64,000 bases of DNA from Thermodesulfobacteriota bacterium. GTDB lineage: Bacteria; Desulfobacterota_D; UBA1144; Nemesobacterales; Nemesobacteraceae. The notes beneath the pieces were generated by a model. The model did not search any database. It was not told the DNA's origin and saw only the letters and a list, made by a program, of their open reading frames with translations. This document shows, piece by piece, positions 38,787 through 49,579 of the stretch. The stretch lies in assembly GCA_965202785.1 (NCBI GenBank), contig OZ241855.1, positions 32,001 through 96,000 on the forward strand, given 5' to 3'. The position numbers were made by a program, and so were the translations under genes. How positions within the stretch are numbered: the first letter of the stretch is position 1; every line of letters starts with the position of its first letter.

Positions 38787-40835
38787 GTGAAATTACATCG
38801 GGTACAGATTAGGAATTTCCGGTTGCTTCAAGATGTTGAGCTTAACCTCGAGGATCAGACGACTTTAGTTGTTGGTCGAAATAACACTGGTAAAACTTCT
38901 ATGCCAGAAGTTATTCGCCGTTTCTTAAGTAAAAACCAGTCTGCATTCCGCATTCAGGATTTTTCTATTGGTTGCTACGACGCTTTTTGCGAGGCACTCC
39001 AAGCTTTACGTGAAGGTAAAAAGGAACAAGAAGTACGAGAACTGTTGCCGTACATTGAGCTACGTATGTTCTTTGAATATGACAATCTCCCAAATACACA
39101 ATTCGGTCCGCTGGGTGAGTTTGTTGTAGATCTTGATATGAACTGCAAAGAAGCATTGGTCGTGATGCGGTTTGAGTTATCCGGTGGGGATATCGAACTA
39201 CTGTTCGAAGGTCAAAATGTAGCAAATCCAGAGGATAATGACGCACGTACAGCTTTTTTTCGCGTGATTGGTGAACGCATTCCAAGACTATATAAAATCA
39301 ATGTCTGGGCGGAAGATCCAAACGATATGGACAACCGCAAGCTTAGTTCTCAGGAAGCTGTAAGGTCTCTGCAAAAAACGGACTTTATAGATGCACATCG
39401 AGGCCTTAACGACATTACGACTAAAGAAAGCAATGTGCTGGCCAGAATTCTCGAAGTGCTTTTTAGCACGGCTACCTTGGAATCGGCCGACCAAAAAGAA
39501 CAGGAGATTGTCAAACAGATTGAAGAAGCAGTTGCAAGCATTCAGGAGAATATTGACGGCGAATTTAAAACGCAGTTAGAAACCCTTATACCCTCATTGG
39601 AAACATTAGGATACCCCGGTTTGGGAGACCCGGAACTCACTACAGAAACTGCTCTGGATGCAGAAAGGCTTCTCAAGGAACATACAAAAGTTCGCTACAA
39701 AGGATATAACGGCATTATGCTGCCAGAGTCTTATAATGGCTTGGGAATGAGAAATCTAATATTCATTCTTCTTAAAATTCTGAGCTTTCACAGAGAGTTT
39801 CGTGCAGAGACTGAGTCACATGGAGTACACTTGATTTTTATTGAAGAACCCGAAGCACACATGCATCCGCAGATGCAGGAAGTTTTCATCTCTCAGCTTG
39901 GCAAAATCGTTGATGATCTAAATAAAAGACACCCTGGAGAACCACCGTGGCCAGTTCAGTTTGTTGTATCAACTCATTCTTCCCATATTGCGAACGAAGC
40001 AAGTTTTGAGACAATCCGTTACTTTCTCCGTTCCTCGGTCAACAATGAAAAACCCGTTTGGAAAACAGAAATCAAAGATCTAAGCAAAGGTTTAACTGAT
40101 ATTTCTGAAGCAGATAAAGATTTTCTTCACCAATACTTGACCTTGACAAGATGTGATTTGTTTTTTGCAGACAAAGCGATCCTAGTCGAAGGTACAAGCG
40201 AGCACTTGCTAATTCCAGAGATGATTCGAAAACTTGATGAGAATTATACAGACGGGTCCGGACTCCTCAGTCAGTATGTGGCAGTTATGGAAGTTGGGGG
40301 TGCTTATGCTCACAAGTTTTTTGATCTTTTGAATTTTCTGGAACTCAAGAGCTTGATCATTACCGATCTCGACCCGGTTAAAGAAGATGGGGGCAAAAAG
40401 TGCGTCGTTCATGATTCTAAAGGAACAAGTAACCTCTGTATTAAGCAGTTTTTTGGTGGAGACTCATGTGTGCCCGATGATCTGATCAAAAAACCTGAAT
40501 GTGCACTTGTAAAAGGACTTATCCGGATTGCGTATCAATTCCCAGAAGTTGAAGGAGGTCCATGTGGAAGCACCCTTGAAGACATGTTTATCCTTGCGAA
40601 TACAGAAAAATTCGATGTAACCGGCGATACACCCAAAGAACAGGAACAAGATGCACTTAACAAGGCAGAAAAATTCAAGAAGACCAGATTTGCCCTACAA
40701 TATGCGATTGATGATTTACAATGGAAGACGCCTAGATATATCACCGAAGGGTTGAAGTGGCTTGCAGGTGGGTTTTGTAGCGATACAGAAAACTCCGGCG
40801 ATAAGGATACTAGCACACGGGGCAAAGGTTCATGA
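38787..40835 (+). CDS. gajA: OLD-family ATP-dependent nuclease (Gabija GajA-like)
   Basis: Walker A GRNNTGKT, Walker B IEEPEAHMHP, STHSSHI, TOPRIM ILVEGTSE and ITDLD. Confidence 0.88.
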   Translation: MKLHRVQIRNFRLLQDVELNLEDQTTLVVGRNNTGKTSMPEVIRRFLSKNQSAFRIQDFSIGCYDAFCEALQALREGKKEQEVRELLPYIELRMFFEYDNLPNTQFGPLGEFVVDLDMNCKEALVVMRFELSGGDIELLFEGQNVANPEDNDARTAFFRVIGERIPRLYKINVWAEDPNDMDNRKLSSQEAVRSLQKTDFIDAHRGLNDITTKESNVLARILEVLFSTATLESADQKEQEIVKQIEEAVASIQENIDGEFKTQLETLIPSLETLGYPGLGDPELTTETALDAERLLKEHTKVRYKGYNGIMLPESYNGLGMRNLIFILLKILSFHREFRAETESHGVHLIFIEEPEAHMHPQMQEVFISQLGKIVDDLNKRHPGEPPWPVQFVVSTHSSHIANEASFETIRYFLRSSVNNEKPVWKTEIKDLSKGLTDISEADKDFLHQYLTLTRCDLFFADKAILVEGTSEHLLIPEMIRKLDENYTDGSGLLSQYVAVMEVGGAYAHKFFDLLNFLELKSLIITDLDPVKEDGGKKCVVHDSKGTSNLCIKQFFGGDSCVPDDLIKKPECALVKGLIRIAYQFPEVEGGPCGSTLEDMFILANTEKFDVTGDTPKEQEQDALNKAEKFKKTRFALQYAIDDLQWKTPRYITEGLKWLAGGFCSDTENSGDKDTSTRGKGS

Positions 40836-42571
40836 GTGATACTGTTAAAAGTTCACCGGCGGAAGAGGCTAGCGAGCGCGCCTTGGATGAAGTGTACAAA
40901 AGTATTGAACGAGGTCAGAGCTTCAAACTGGAAGCTGGAGCGGGTGCCGGCAAAACATATTCGCTAGCGGAGGCGTTAAAGTTTCTAACCAAACGCGAGG
41001 GAAACCTTCTGAGGCGATTGAATCAGCGTATTGCTTGTATCACATTTACCAATATTGCCAAAGATCAGATTGACGCGCGAACGGACCGGAATCCGCTTAT
41101 CTGTTGTGACACGATTCATGGTTTCTGCTGGTCAACTATCTCGGGTTTTCAAAGACATCTCCGTATCCTACTACCAGAAATTGATAAATGGGAAGAGCGT
41201 CTTAACGAGGCGGGCGGTGTGGGTATACGCAAGATCGACTATTCGCTTGGCTACAGGGAGATTGCTGATGATAAGATTTCCATACATCACGACGATGTTC
41301 TGGTCTTGAAGATCAAACTTCTTGCGTACGAAAAATTCCGCTTACTTTTTACATACCGTTACCCAATCATTCTTATCGATGAGTACCAAGACACAAATAC
41401 TGATTGGATAGATGCCATCAAGGAACATTTTTTAGGACAGGAGGATGCACCTCTTTTCGGATTTTTTGGCGACCATTGGCAGAAGATATATGGAAACGGG
41501 TGTGGGCAACTCATTCATCCTGCTCTTAGAGAAATTGGCAAAGAGGCGAATTTTCGTTCGGTTTCGGCGGTGGTCGATTGCCTTAACCGTATGCGTCCAG
41601 AACTGCCGCAATTTGTTGTTGACCCGAAAGAAAGGGGTGAGGTCTATGTGTTCCACACAAACAACTGGAGGGGGGGACGCCGAACTGGACCACATCACGG
41701 TGGTGATCTTCCCGCCGAAGCAGTTAGTCCTGCGCTGGATTCGGTAAAGCAACGTTTGACTGAATGCGGATGGGGGTTTTCCGCAACACAGACTAAAATT
41801 CTGATGCTAACACATCGCGCTTTGGCTGCTCAGCAGGGTTACAATGCCTTACCGTTCGTTTTTCGTAATAATGACTCGTTTACAAAGAAAGAACAGCCTC
41901 ATATCGCATTTTTTGTTAATCAATTGGAACCAGCATGCAGTGCCTTTACCGAAAAAAAATATGGCAAAATGTTTGAGGCTCTTGGGATTAACAAGAAATA
42001 CATTTTAGAAATCACGGACAAAAACAGGTGGGCTAAGTCAATGAACCGGCTATTAGAATTACGTGAAAAAGGCACAGTAGCTGAAGTTATGAGTCATCTG
42101 CGTAAAACTAAGTTGCCCCAATTACCGGAATCCGTGGAACATCTTGAAAAACAACTCGAAGCCTTTGACCAAGAAAGCGGGGAAGAGATGCCACGAGCGC
42201 TTACAGAGCTTTCTAAACTTCATCCTGTAAATTACCAGGAAATTGTATCATTAACGGATTACCTGGAAGGACATTCCCCCTTTGAAACGAAACATGGGGT
42301 AAAAGGTGCAGAATTTGAAAATGTTTTAGTTGTGATAGGCCGGGGCTGGAACCAGTACAATTTTGTGGAAATGCTTGCCTTAGCTCAAAAAGGCGACTTG
42401 CAGGGTACAGAAAAAAATATGTTCGAGAGAAATCGCAATCTTTTTTACGTGACATGTTCTCGTCCGAAGAAACGACTGGCCTTGCTCTTTACGCAAGAAA
42501 TATCAGAAGACGCCATGCGGACAGTTGAGACTTGGTTTGGTGCTGACAATATTCATTCTGTGGAATTTTAG
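40832..42571 (+). CDS. gajB: UvrD-like SF1 helicase (Gabija GajB-like)
   Basis: AGAGAGKT, IDEYQD, FGDHWQKIY, NFRS, HGVKGAEF, YVTCSR; ATGA overlap with gajA. Confidence 0.88.
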   Translation: MSDTVKSSPAEEASERALDEVYKSIERGQSFKLEAGAGAGKTYSLAEALKFLTKREGNLLRRLNQRIACITFTNIAKDQIDARTDRNPLICCDTIHGFCWSTISGFQRHLRILLPEIDKWEERLNEAGGVGIRKIDYSLGYREIADDKISIHHDDVLVLKIKLLAYEKFRLLFTYRYPIILIDEYQDTNTDWIDAIKEHFLGQEDAPLFGFFGDHWQKIYGNGCGQLIHPALREIGKEANFRSVSAVVDCLNRMRPELPQFVVDPKERGEVYVFHTNNWRGGRRTGPHHGGDLPAEAVSPALDSVKQRLTECGWGFSATQTKILMLTHRALAAQQGYNALPFVFRNNDSFTKKEQPHIAFFVNQLEPACSAFTEKKYGKMFEALGINKKYILEITDKNRWAKSMNRLLELREKGTVAEVMSHLRKTKLPQLPESVEHLEKQLEAFDQESGEEMPRALTELSKLHPVNYQEIVSLTDYLEGHSPFETKHGVKGAEFENVLVVIGRGWNQYNFVEMLALAQKGDLQGTEKNMFERNRNLFYVTCSRPKKRLALLFTQEISEDAMRTVETWFGADNIHSVEF

Positions 42572-42874
42572 AATTGCGAGAGAAATTATTGTGAGAAGGT
42601 GCAGAAAACGGTACGGGTGGCAAGAGAGTAGTAAGACTCCTTGAAGAAAGGTTTTGGTACAAAGCGTATGATTTCTATATAGAATTTTATAACTGTACAA
42701 ATGGTTTTTGTAATTAACAGATAGGTCTACTGTGACAAGAGTTATTGTCCACATAAGTGCTTTTGGATTGTAAATCTATCAATCTTTTCAGTCGGTTATC
42801 TTCAAGTGTGCAAAATGGGTAACTGAAGAGTTTTCTGTTATATTAAATGCGCTGTGTGACACACGATATTTTTC

Positions 42875-44389
42875 ATGAGCGACAGCATTGAAAGTTATTT
42901 AAAATTACATGGTCCGAGTCTATCTAGCGAGATAAGTAACCACCTCGTGAGAACTCAAAACATTACACCGGCAACAGCACGAAAACGCATTTCTCGAGCA
43001 AAAACAACGGGTAAAGTACACCACCTTACACATATTACCTTTCCCCAAAGAACGCATTTTATTTATCTGGGGCACCAGTTCGGTTCCCAGTTGTTCTGGG
43101 AGAAACTAATTGAGGTATTGCTACAACAGAATTCTGCATATGGGTTAGCGATTGCTGCTGTTCGGCAGCGCAGGGGCTTGGTCCCACTCAAACATTTTGC
43201 AATAGCGTGTGGTGCACCATTAAAGCAGGCACGCCATCTTTCTCCAGATACAATTTTTCAGCGTTTGGAAAAAACAGGTCTTTTATGGAAAACGGATTTC
43301 CCTGGTGTTGGGGAATGTATATTGCTTGTACAACCCGATAGCAATTACGACTCAATAGTAGCTTATACGAGAACTCGCTTAATTACCGAGAAATTTTTGC
43401 TGCTTGCTATAAAAGATTGGCTGAAAAAGCTGGGTATTGTCAGCTACGATAAAGTTGAGATACGTGAAATCGAAACTCAACCTAAAGTCGGAACGTTTGT
43501 TTGGGACTTGACTGCCCCATCCTACCTCGGTTTTATGGCGAAGCCTCGTAAAGGCGGTAAAACCAAGCCTGGGTTTGTCACCTGTGATGTATGTTTAGGC
43601 GATGTTGTAAACTCAACTGGAATAAAGCCATTCATAAACAAGTGTGTTACTCTCAGGGCGCTTCAAAATATCGGCGCTTGTATGCAGATATTCGTTGCGG
43701 ATAAGTACACTCAAGATGCCTTCAATCTTCTAAAACAAAAGGGAATTATCCCTGCCACACCCCGCAACTTGTTCGGTGAAGAGGTAGCGGAAGGCCTAAC
43801 TGCGCTTTCAGAAGTACTTCGGAAAGCAGCCGAGACTGCTATTAATCCCCAGCAATTTGACCAACTGTTTGATAAACTTGGCAAGATAGAAGGTGCTTCT
43901 AGTCAACTGCGGGGTACGCTCTTTGAATATGTGGTTGCCGATGTGCTAAGAAAAAATGGTTCGAATCAAATTTTAATGAATCGGATTTTCAAGTCGGACG
44001 ATGAAAAGGAAGCGGAAGCCGACGTAATCTCCATTAAGGACAATCGTTCGGTCACTTTCGTAGAATGCAAGGGATATAATCCTGATAGTGAAGTACCTGA
44101 CAAATATTTGGAACGGTGGCTTCACCACAGCATTCCGATATTTTTCAAATGGATAAAGGCTCACCCCGACTGGAGAAACCTCGAAGTCTGTTTCGAATTC
44201 TGGACAACTGGCTCACTGTCCAAAGAAGCCTTGAAGATGTTTAATACCAATCAAAAGAAAATCAAAAAGTCCCGATACACGATAGAACTACTCCTAGGAC
44301 GTGAAATCCTTAGAACATGTAAGTCAACTAAAGACAAAGGGCTGGTTAACACATTCAAAAAACATTTCATGAAAATTTACTCGGAGTAA
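42875..44389 (+). CDS. Hypothetical protein: N-terminal HTH-like region and C-terminal PD-(D/E)XK nuclease
   Basis: 'LKLHGPSLSSEI...TARKRISR' HTH-like; 'RGTLFEYVV...EADVISI...FVECKG' nuclease motif. Confidence 0.75.
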   Translation: MSDSIESYLKLHGPSLSSEISNHLVRTQNITPATARKRISRAKTTGKVHHLTHITFPQRTHFIYLGHQFGSQLFWEKLIEVLLQQNSAYGLAIAAVRQRRGLVPLKHFAIACGAPLKQARHLSPDTIFQRLEKTGLLWKTDFPGVGECILLVQPDSNYDSIVAYTRTRLITEKFLLLAIKDWLKKLGIVSYDKVEIREIETQPKVGTFVWDLTAPSYLGFMAKPRKGGKTKPGFVTCDVCLGDVVNSTGIKPFINKCVTLRALQNIGACMQIFVADKYTQDAFNLLKQKGIIPATPRNLFGEEVAEGLTALSEVLRKAAETAINPQQFDQLFDKLGKIEGASSQLRGTLFEYVVADVLRKNGSNQILMNRIFKSDDEKEAEADVISIKDNRSVTFVECKGYNPDSEVPDKYLERWLHHSIPIFFKWIKAHPDWRNLEVCFEFWTTGSLSKEALKMFNTNQKKIKKSRYTIELLLGREILRTCKSTKDKGLVNTFKKHFMKIYSE

Positions 44390-44678
44390 GTCAACACTAT
44401 GCCCAATAAATTGAGAACGATTTCTCCCTTCCATCCGGTTTCTGGCCTTTGTGCAACTTGCAATGTACCCGACTGACAATGACTGACAAAAATTATGTAT
44501 TGTTATTAGCGTGTAATTTAAATGACTAGAGCTTCGCCGTGAAACGAGAAACATATATAATGTCTCTTGAGAAAATTAACGGACGAATTGAAGAGCTTTA
44601 ATAAGAGAATTCGTGGCGCAAGGAAAAGAACTGTTCTTTGAAAAACTCAAACAAAGAACGAATTAAAGAAAAACCCTT

Positions 44679-44738
44679 AATCCTAGTATTTGCGCAAACC
44701 CTCCGGAACAAACCACTCCCTGGTGTCAAATCCCAGCG
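44679..44738 (-). repeat. att-like direct repeat, copy 2 (current oppA 3' end)
   Basis: See 38425-38484. Confidence 0.9.
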
Positions 44739-46335
44739 GATAGAGTCTTACGTTGTGGAACCTTCTGTGCACGGCCACGGTGGATTTTCTCGCGAACAAA
44801 AACGTGTACGGCTGTTCCTCGTGAAGAATCCTTGAGAATTCCTCGTATTTTTTTATTCGCTCCGGCCTTGAGAACTCCTCTCTCGCCTCCTCAATCAGTA
44901 CATCCGCACGGGGGTTCTTAAAGCCCACGAAATTCGAGCCTTCCTCGGCCTGGGAGGAATGCCAGAGCTGGTAGGGATCGCTTTCCACTCCCAAGCTCCA
45001 CCCAAGGGTCACGGCATCGAATTTCCGCTCGGTTATGCTCTGGATAAAAACCGCCCACTCTATCTTTCTTATGCTCATCTCTATGCCGGAGCGGGAGAGC
45101 TCCTCTTTCAGTATGGTCGCTATCTTCTCACCGGTTTCAGAACCCGTGGGCAGCAGAAACTCGAAACGGAAAGAAACGCCGTCCTTGTCCCTTATTCCAT
45201 CACCGTCGCTGTCGCGCCACCCCGCCTCGTCAAGAAGCGCCCTAGCCCTCTTCGGGTCATAGGCGTACGGCTTCACGTCTTTTGGGTATTCGGGGCTGTT
45301 CACGAAAAAAGTCGTGGTCACTATTTCTCCGAGACCCAGCAGAATCTCTCTCAGTATGGTTTCCCTGTCGACAAAATGGGTCATCGCCCGCCTTACCCTT
45401 TTATCGCTGAAAAAAGGCTTCCTCGAATTCCACCCTATGTAGTTGTAGCCCGGGGTCGTATAGGAGGACCTGTAGAACTTTTTCCGAAACGGTTTCCCGC
45501 AGCTCTGCTTTGACCACTGAAGCGGAAGAAGACCCCCGTAGTCAAGCTCCTGTTTTTTTAGGAGCTGAAGCTTCACCGTGGGGTCAAGCACTACCTTGTA
45601 GACCACTTCACTAAGCAACGCGGGCTCGCCCCAGTAACCGGGGTTTTTCCTGACCCTGATCTCCCTTCCCGTCTCCCAGTGCTCAAAGACGTAAGGCCCC
45701 GTCCCGACGGGTCTTCTGCCGGCGGGATTAGTGTTGAAATCTCCTTTCCCGAACACGTGCTTAGGCACTATGGGAATTCCCCCGCAGAACTCAAAAGCGC
45801 GGAAGTAGGGTTTTTCGTACTCGCATCTGACGGTATGGGAATCAATCTTGGTGTAGGACTTTACGTCCTGATAGTAGCTCTGGAGGTGAGCGGCGGCGAC
45901 TTTCGGATTCCTTATGGATTCATAGGAAAAAACCACGTCATCGGCGGTAAAAGGAGTGCCGTCATGCCATTTTACGTCTTTTCTGAGGTAAAAAGTGTAG
46001 GAAAGCCGGTTCTCTGAAACTTCCCAGGAACTTGCGAGAAAGGGCTCGAACTCAAGGGTTTCGTTATTCCTTCTTACAAGCCTCTCGTAGATTCCGCCGT
46101 TAACGATGCCTTCGTAAACATCCGTGGCTATAACGGGGTTGAGGGTTGCCGGCTCCTCGCCGAGTTCCCTTATAAGCAAATCCCCGGCGGAAAAAGCCTT
46201 CGGGTCAGCATTGCCTGTAAGTGAGGCGTTATCGTTTTTATCCTGACAGTCCGTGCTCCGGGAGCATCCGGCAGAGAAGAACCCCGCAGACGCGACCAGC
46301 AACGCGAGTGCAAAGAGACGCAGAAATTTTCCCAT
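44683..46335 (-). CDS. oppA: Peptide ABC transporter substrate-binding lipoprotein (family 5)
   Basis: Lipobox SAGC, KWHDGTPFTADDVVFS, PVGTGPY, DKRVRRAM. Confidence 0.92.
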   Translation of the reverse strand: MGKFLRLFALALLVASAGFFSAGCSRSTDCQDKNDNASLTGNADPKAFSAGDLLIRELGEEPATLNPVIATDVYEGIVNGGIYERLVRRNNETLEFEPFLASSWEVSENRLSYTFYLRKDVKWHDGTPFTADDVVFSYESIRNPKVAAAHLQSYYQDVKSYTKIDSHTVRCEYEKPYFRAFEFCGGIPIVPKHVFGKGDFNTNPAGRRPVGTGPYVFEHWETGREIRVRKNPGYWGEPALLSEVVYKVVLDPTVKLQLLKKQELDYGGLLPLQWSKQSCGKPFRKKFYRSSYTTPGYNYIGWNSRKPFFSDKRVRRAMTHFVDRETILREILLGLGEIVTTTFFVNSPEYPKDVKPYAYDPKRARALLDEAGWRDSDGDGIRDKDGVSFRFEFLLPTGSETGEKIATILKEELSRSGIEMSIRKIEWAVFIQSITERKFDAVTLGWSLGVESDPYQLWHSSQAEEGSNFVGFKNPRADVLIEEAREEFSRPERIKKYEEFSRILHEEQPYTFLFARKSTVAVHRRFHNVRLYPLGFDTREWFVPEGLRKY

Positions 46336-46378
46336 GAAGTTTTTACAAAGAGTTTCGGTCCGGCAGAAAGCTTATGAA

Positions 46379-47131
46379 TCAGTCCTTTTCGTCTTTTGGC
46401 GAAAAGGCCTTCAACATGTCAATCGGAAGAGGCAGGATGATGGTTGAAGCCTTCTCGGAAGACACGTCGTTTATCGTCTGAAGGAACCTTAGCTGAAGAG
46501 AAACCGGATTTGCGGCCAGTATTTCTGAGGCTTCCGCAATCTTGGTCGATGCCTGGAACTCTCCCTCGGCGCTTATAACCTTCGCCCTTCTCTCCCTCTC
46601 GGCCTCCGCCTGCTTGGCCATCGCTCTCTGCATTTCCTGCGGGAGGTCAACGTACTTAACCTCAACCATGGTAACCTTGATTCCCCAAGCGTCGGTCTGT
46701 TTGTCGAGGACTTCCTGGAGCTTGACGTTAAGTTTTTCCCTCTCGGAGAGAAGCTCATCGAGCTCTACCTGCCCGAGGATGCTCCTCAGGGTTGTCTGGG
46801 CAAGCTGGGAAGTGGCGTAGAGATAGTTTTCAACCTGAAGGATCGCCCTGTTCGGCTCAACCACCCTGAAATAGACAACCGCGTTTACCTTTACCGAAAC
46901 GTTATCCTTGGTTATCACGTCCTGAGGAGGCACGTCCATGGTTACAAGCCGCAGACTTACCCTCACCATTCTCTCAAGAAACGGGATGACGATTATGAAT
47001 CCGGGACCCCTGACTCCGACTATCCTTCCGAGACGGAATATCACGCCTCTTTCGTATTCATAGAGGATCTTAAGTCCCGAGATAACTATTAGAAAAACAA
47101 TTACAAGAACTACAATCGCGGTTATCGACAT
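46379..47131 (-). CDS. Slipin/stomatin (SPFH) protein
   Basis: [34 protein letters not shown]. Confidence 0.95.
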   Translation of the reverse strand: MSITAIVVLVIVFLIVISGLKILYEYERGVIFRLGRIVGVRGPGFIIVIPFLERMVRVSLRLVTMDVPPQDVITKDNVSVKVNAVVYFRVVEPNRAILQVENYLYATSQLAQTTLRSILGQVELDELLSEREKLNVKLQEVLDKQTDAWGIKVTMVEVKYVDLPQEMQRAMAKQAEAERERRAKVISAEGEFQASTKIAEASEILAANPVSLQLRFLQTINDVSSEKASTIILPLPIDMLKAFSPKDEKD

Positions 47132-47137
47132 TGTGCG

Positions 47138-48625
47138 TCACTGTTTGTCGTCATAATCTGAAACCCTGACGACGAGATCTCCTGTGCTCTCTATTACCTT
47201 TACTTTTTCCCCGGGTGAAAACTCGCGCTCCCCCGTCGCTTCCCAGTACTCTCCCCCGATGTAAACCTTTCCGCTTTTCTGAGACCAGGAAACAACTTCC
47301 CCCTTCTGACCTACCATCCCCTCGAAACCGCCCTGAATGGGAACTTTGAACGATTTCACGCCTAAATATACAATAAAAACCGAGAGCAATCCAATGGCTA
47401 CGGCCACTGCTGCTATGGTCCCCGTGCTCACGCCGAGATCAGATTCCGGCGTATCGAAAAGCAGAAGCCCCCCGAACACAAGGCACGCAAGCGCAGCAAG
47501 GCTCAAAAGGCCGTAACTCGTCACGTACACCTCCGATATCAAAAGCGCCATGGCGACGAAAAGCAGTATGAGGCCAGCGTAGTTAAAAGGAAGAATCTGA
47601 AGGGAGACAAACCCTACGAGCAGCGCAATAAGTCCGGCGACTCCGGGGAAAATCAGTCCCGGGTTGTAGAACTCAAGAAATATTCCGAGCGAACCCAGGG
47701 AGAGAAGCAGAAACGCTATATCCGGAGTGCTGAGAATATTGACTACCTTCTGCCGCAGGCTCATCTCAAGGCGCTGCGTCTTCGCTCCGGCCGTCTCAAG
47801 GCGGACGCTCTGGCCGCTAGCTTTTACTTCCTTTCCGTCTATCTCGGAAAGAAGTGAAGGAATATCGGGGGATATGATGTCAATCACGTTTTTGCTAAGC
47901 GCCTCATCGGCGGTCACCGAAACGCTTTTTCTTACTGAATCGACGGCCCATTCCGTGTTTCTTCCTCTCTCCTTCGCTATGCTCTCCATAAAAGACGATG
48001 CGAAATTCTCGATTTTTTCGTTCATCACGTCAGAAGACTTATCGTCTTTCTTTTTTTCAGGCTTCCCCGGGCCCCTCTGGCCACCCCCCAGCATCACGGG
48101 ATGAGCCGCTCCTATGCTGGTTCCGGGAGACATGGCCGCCACGTGGGCGGATAGCGTGATGAAAACTCCCGCGGAAGTAGCCGTCGCTCCCCTCGGGTAG
48201 ACGTAGACTATCACCGGAACCTCGGAATTAAGAATGACCTTCACTATATCTTTCGTGGAATTGAGAAGCCCTCCGGGAGTATCCAAGAGAATAAGCAGGG
48301 CAGTGGCATTGCGGGCCCGCGCTTCTGAGAGACCGGTTTTAATGTAGTCCACAGTCGAGGGGTTTATGGAACCGTTTATCTCGATCTCGACTATTTCTCC
48401 CGTCCGGGGAGAAGCTTCCGGGTCGGCGGCGGATACCTGGTAACCCAGAATCGCAGAAAGAATCAGAAAAAAGACTGAAATGCGCAGAAGCGAACTTCCG
48501 CCCGCTTGCGGCATAACCCCTTTTCGTCTGGACCTGCGGGCCGGGGAATCAAACCTCAGCCGATTCCCCTGATAATTCCCCGAGAGCCTTTGACATTGTC
48601 TCAAAAAACAACGTATCATTTTCAC
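47138..48625 (-). CDS. nfeD: NfeD-family membrane serine protease (start uncertain)
   Basis: LDTPGGL, ATSAG, IGAAHPV, C-terminal OB fold GEYWEA; adjacent to slipin. Confidence 0.92.
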   Translation of the reverse strand: MKMIRCFLRQCQRLSGNYQGNRLRFDSPARRSRRKGVMPQAGGSSLLRISVFFLILSAILGYQVSAADPEASPRTGEIVEIEINGSINPSTVDYIKTGLSEARARNATALLILLDTPGGLLNSTKDIVKVILNSEVPVIVYVYPRGATATSAGVFITLSAHVAAMSPGTSIGAAHPVMLGGGQRGPGKPEKKKDDKSSDVMNEKIENFASSFMESIAKERGRNTEWAVDSVRKSVSVTADEALSKNVIDIISPDIPSLLSEIDGKEVKASGQSVRLETAGAKTQRLEMSLRQKVVNILSTPDIAFLLLSLGSLGIFLEFYNPGLIFPGVAGLIALLVGFVSLQILPFNYAGLILLFVAMALLISEVYVTSYGLLSLAALACLVFGGLLLFDTPESDLGVSTGTIAAVAVAIGLLSVFIVYLGVKSFKVPIQGGFEGMVGQKGEVVSWSQKSGKVYIGGEYWEATGEREFSPGEKVKVIESTGDLVVRVSDYDDKQ

Positions 48626-48719
48626 TCAATAAATATTTTAACACAGCAGATAAATCCGGCATTAATGACACGGAATTCACAGGCTTGCCGCTTTTCTATA
48701 AGGCAAGAATTTAGAGCCC

Positions 48720-49337
48720 ATGCCCAAGATAAAATATACGACTAAAGAACTTAAGCGCCCCGACAAGTTCAGAGAGTTCCTGGCGGAATCCCTTGAAGGT
48801 CTCTCGGAACACTTCAACAAGATACTTATCGGCATAGGCGTCATAGCAGTGGCTCTGCTCGCAGTCTGCTTTGTTTCCTCGCAACAGGAAGAAAAAGACC
48901 TCTTGGCAAACAAGCAGTTCCGCAAGGCTGTTATGAGCTACAACAGCGGAGAAATGGAGACTTCTCTTTCACAACTGCAAACGTTGCGTGAGGAACATTC
49001 CGGAACCGAGGTGTCGGTTCTGGCTCTTTACCAGATAGGAATGATCAATTATCAGCTTGGGAACTTTGAAGAAGCGATAAAAAATCTTGAGCTTTTCCTC
49101 GATGATGATCCCGAAGACGGTATTTTCCGCGATGGCGCAAATCTAGTGATCGGGCTGTCCGCTTTCGAGCTTGAGAAATGGGACAAGAGCATAGAATACT
49201 TCTCCGAAGTGGACAGAAGTGAGAGCCCTTACTACATCCAAGCGAGAAGGCAGTTGAGTCTTGTGTACGAAAAGACTGGAGAACCCGAGAAAGCGGAGAA
49301 AATTCGTAGCGAGACGCCAAGCGACGCTGGTCTATAA
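48720..49337 (+). CDS. TPR membrane protein (YfgM-like)
   Basis: KELKRPDKF, single TM, TPR repeats. Confidence 0.8.
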   Translation: MPKIKYTTKELKRPDKFREFLAESLEGLSEHFNKILIGIGVIAVALLAVCFVSSQQEEKDLLANKQFRKAVMSYNSGEMETSLSQLQTLREEHSGTEVSVLALYQIGMINYQLGNFEEAIKNLELFLDDDPEDGIFRDGANLVIGLSAFELEKWDKSIEYFSEVDRSESPYYIQARRQLSLVYEKTGEPEKAEKIRSETPSDAGL

Positions 49338-49579
49338 ACTGACCCAGAACCAAAATAAAAACAATCCGCTAAGACAAATATTTGTGTAAAAAGCCAGGGT
49401 CGCTCTCTTCGGAGAGCTTGGTGGCAAGTGATATTTCCGGGAGAGCGAGAACTGTTCAAAGCGTGGTTAGCAGCGGGATTATGTTACAAAAGCCGCAATG
49501 TTGTCAGGATTGATGACGACGGAAGATCAGTGAGTAGGTAAGCTCTTAATGTCCAAATTGTATTAACAGGGGAGAGACT

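Larger units (their letters stand above)
38425..44738. mobile_element. Integrase-less defence island inserted in the 3' end of oppA
   Basis: Flanking direct repeats, lower GC, defence cargo only. Confidence 0.75.
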
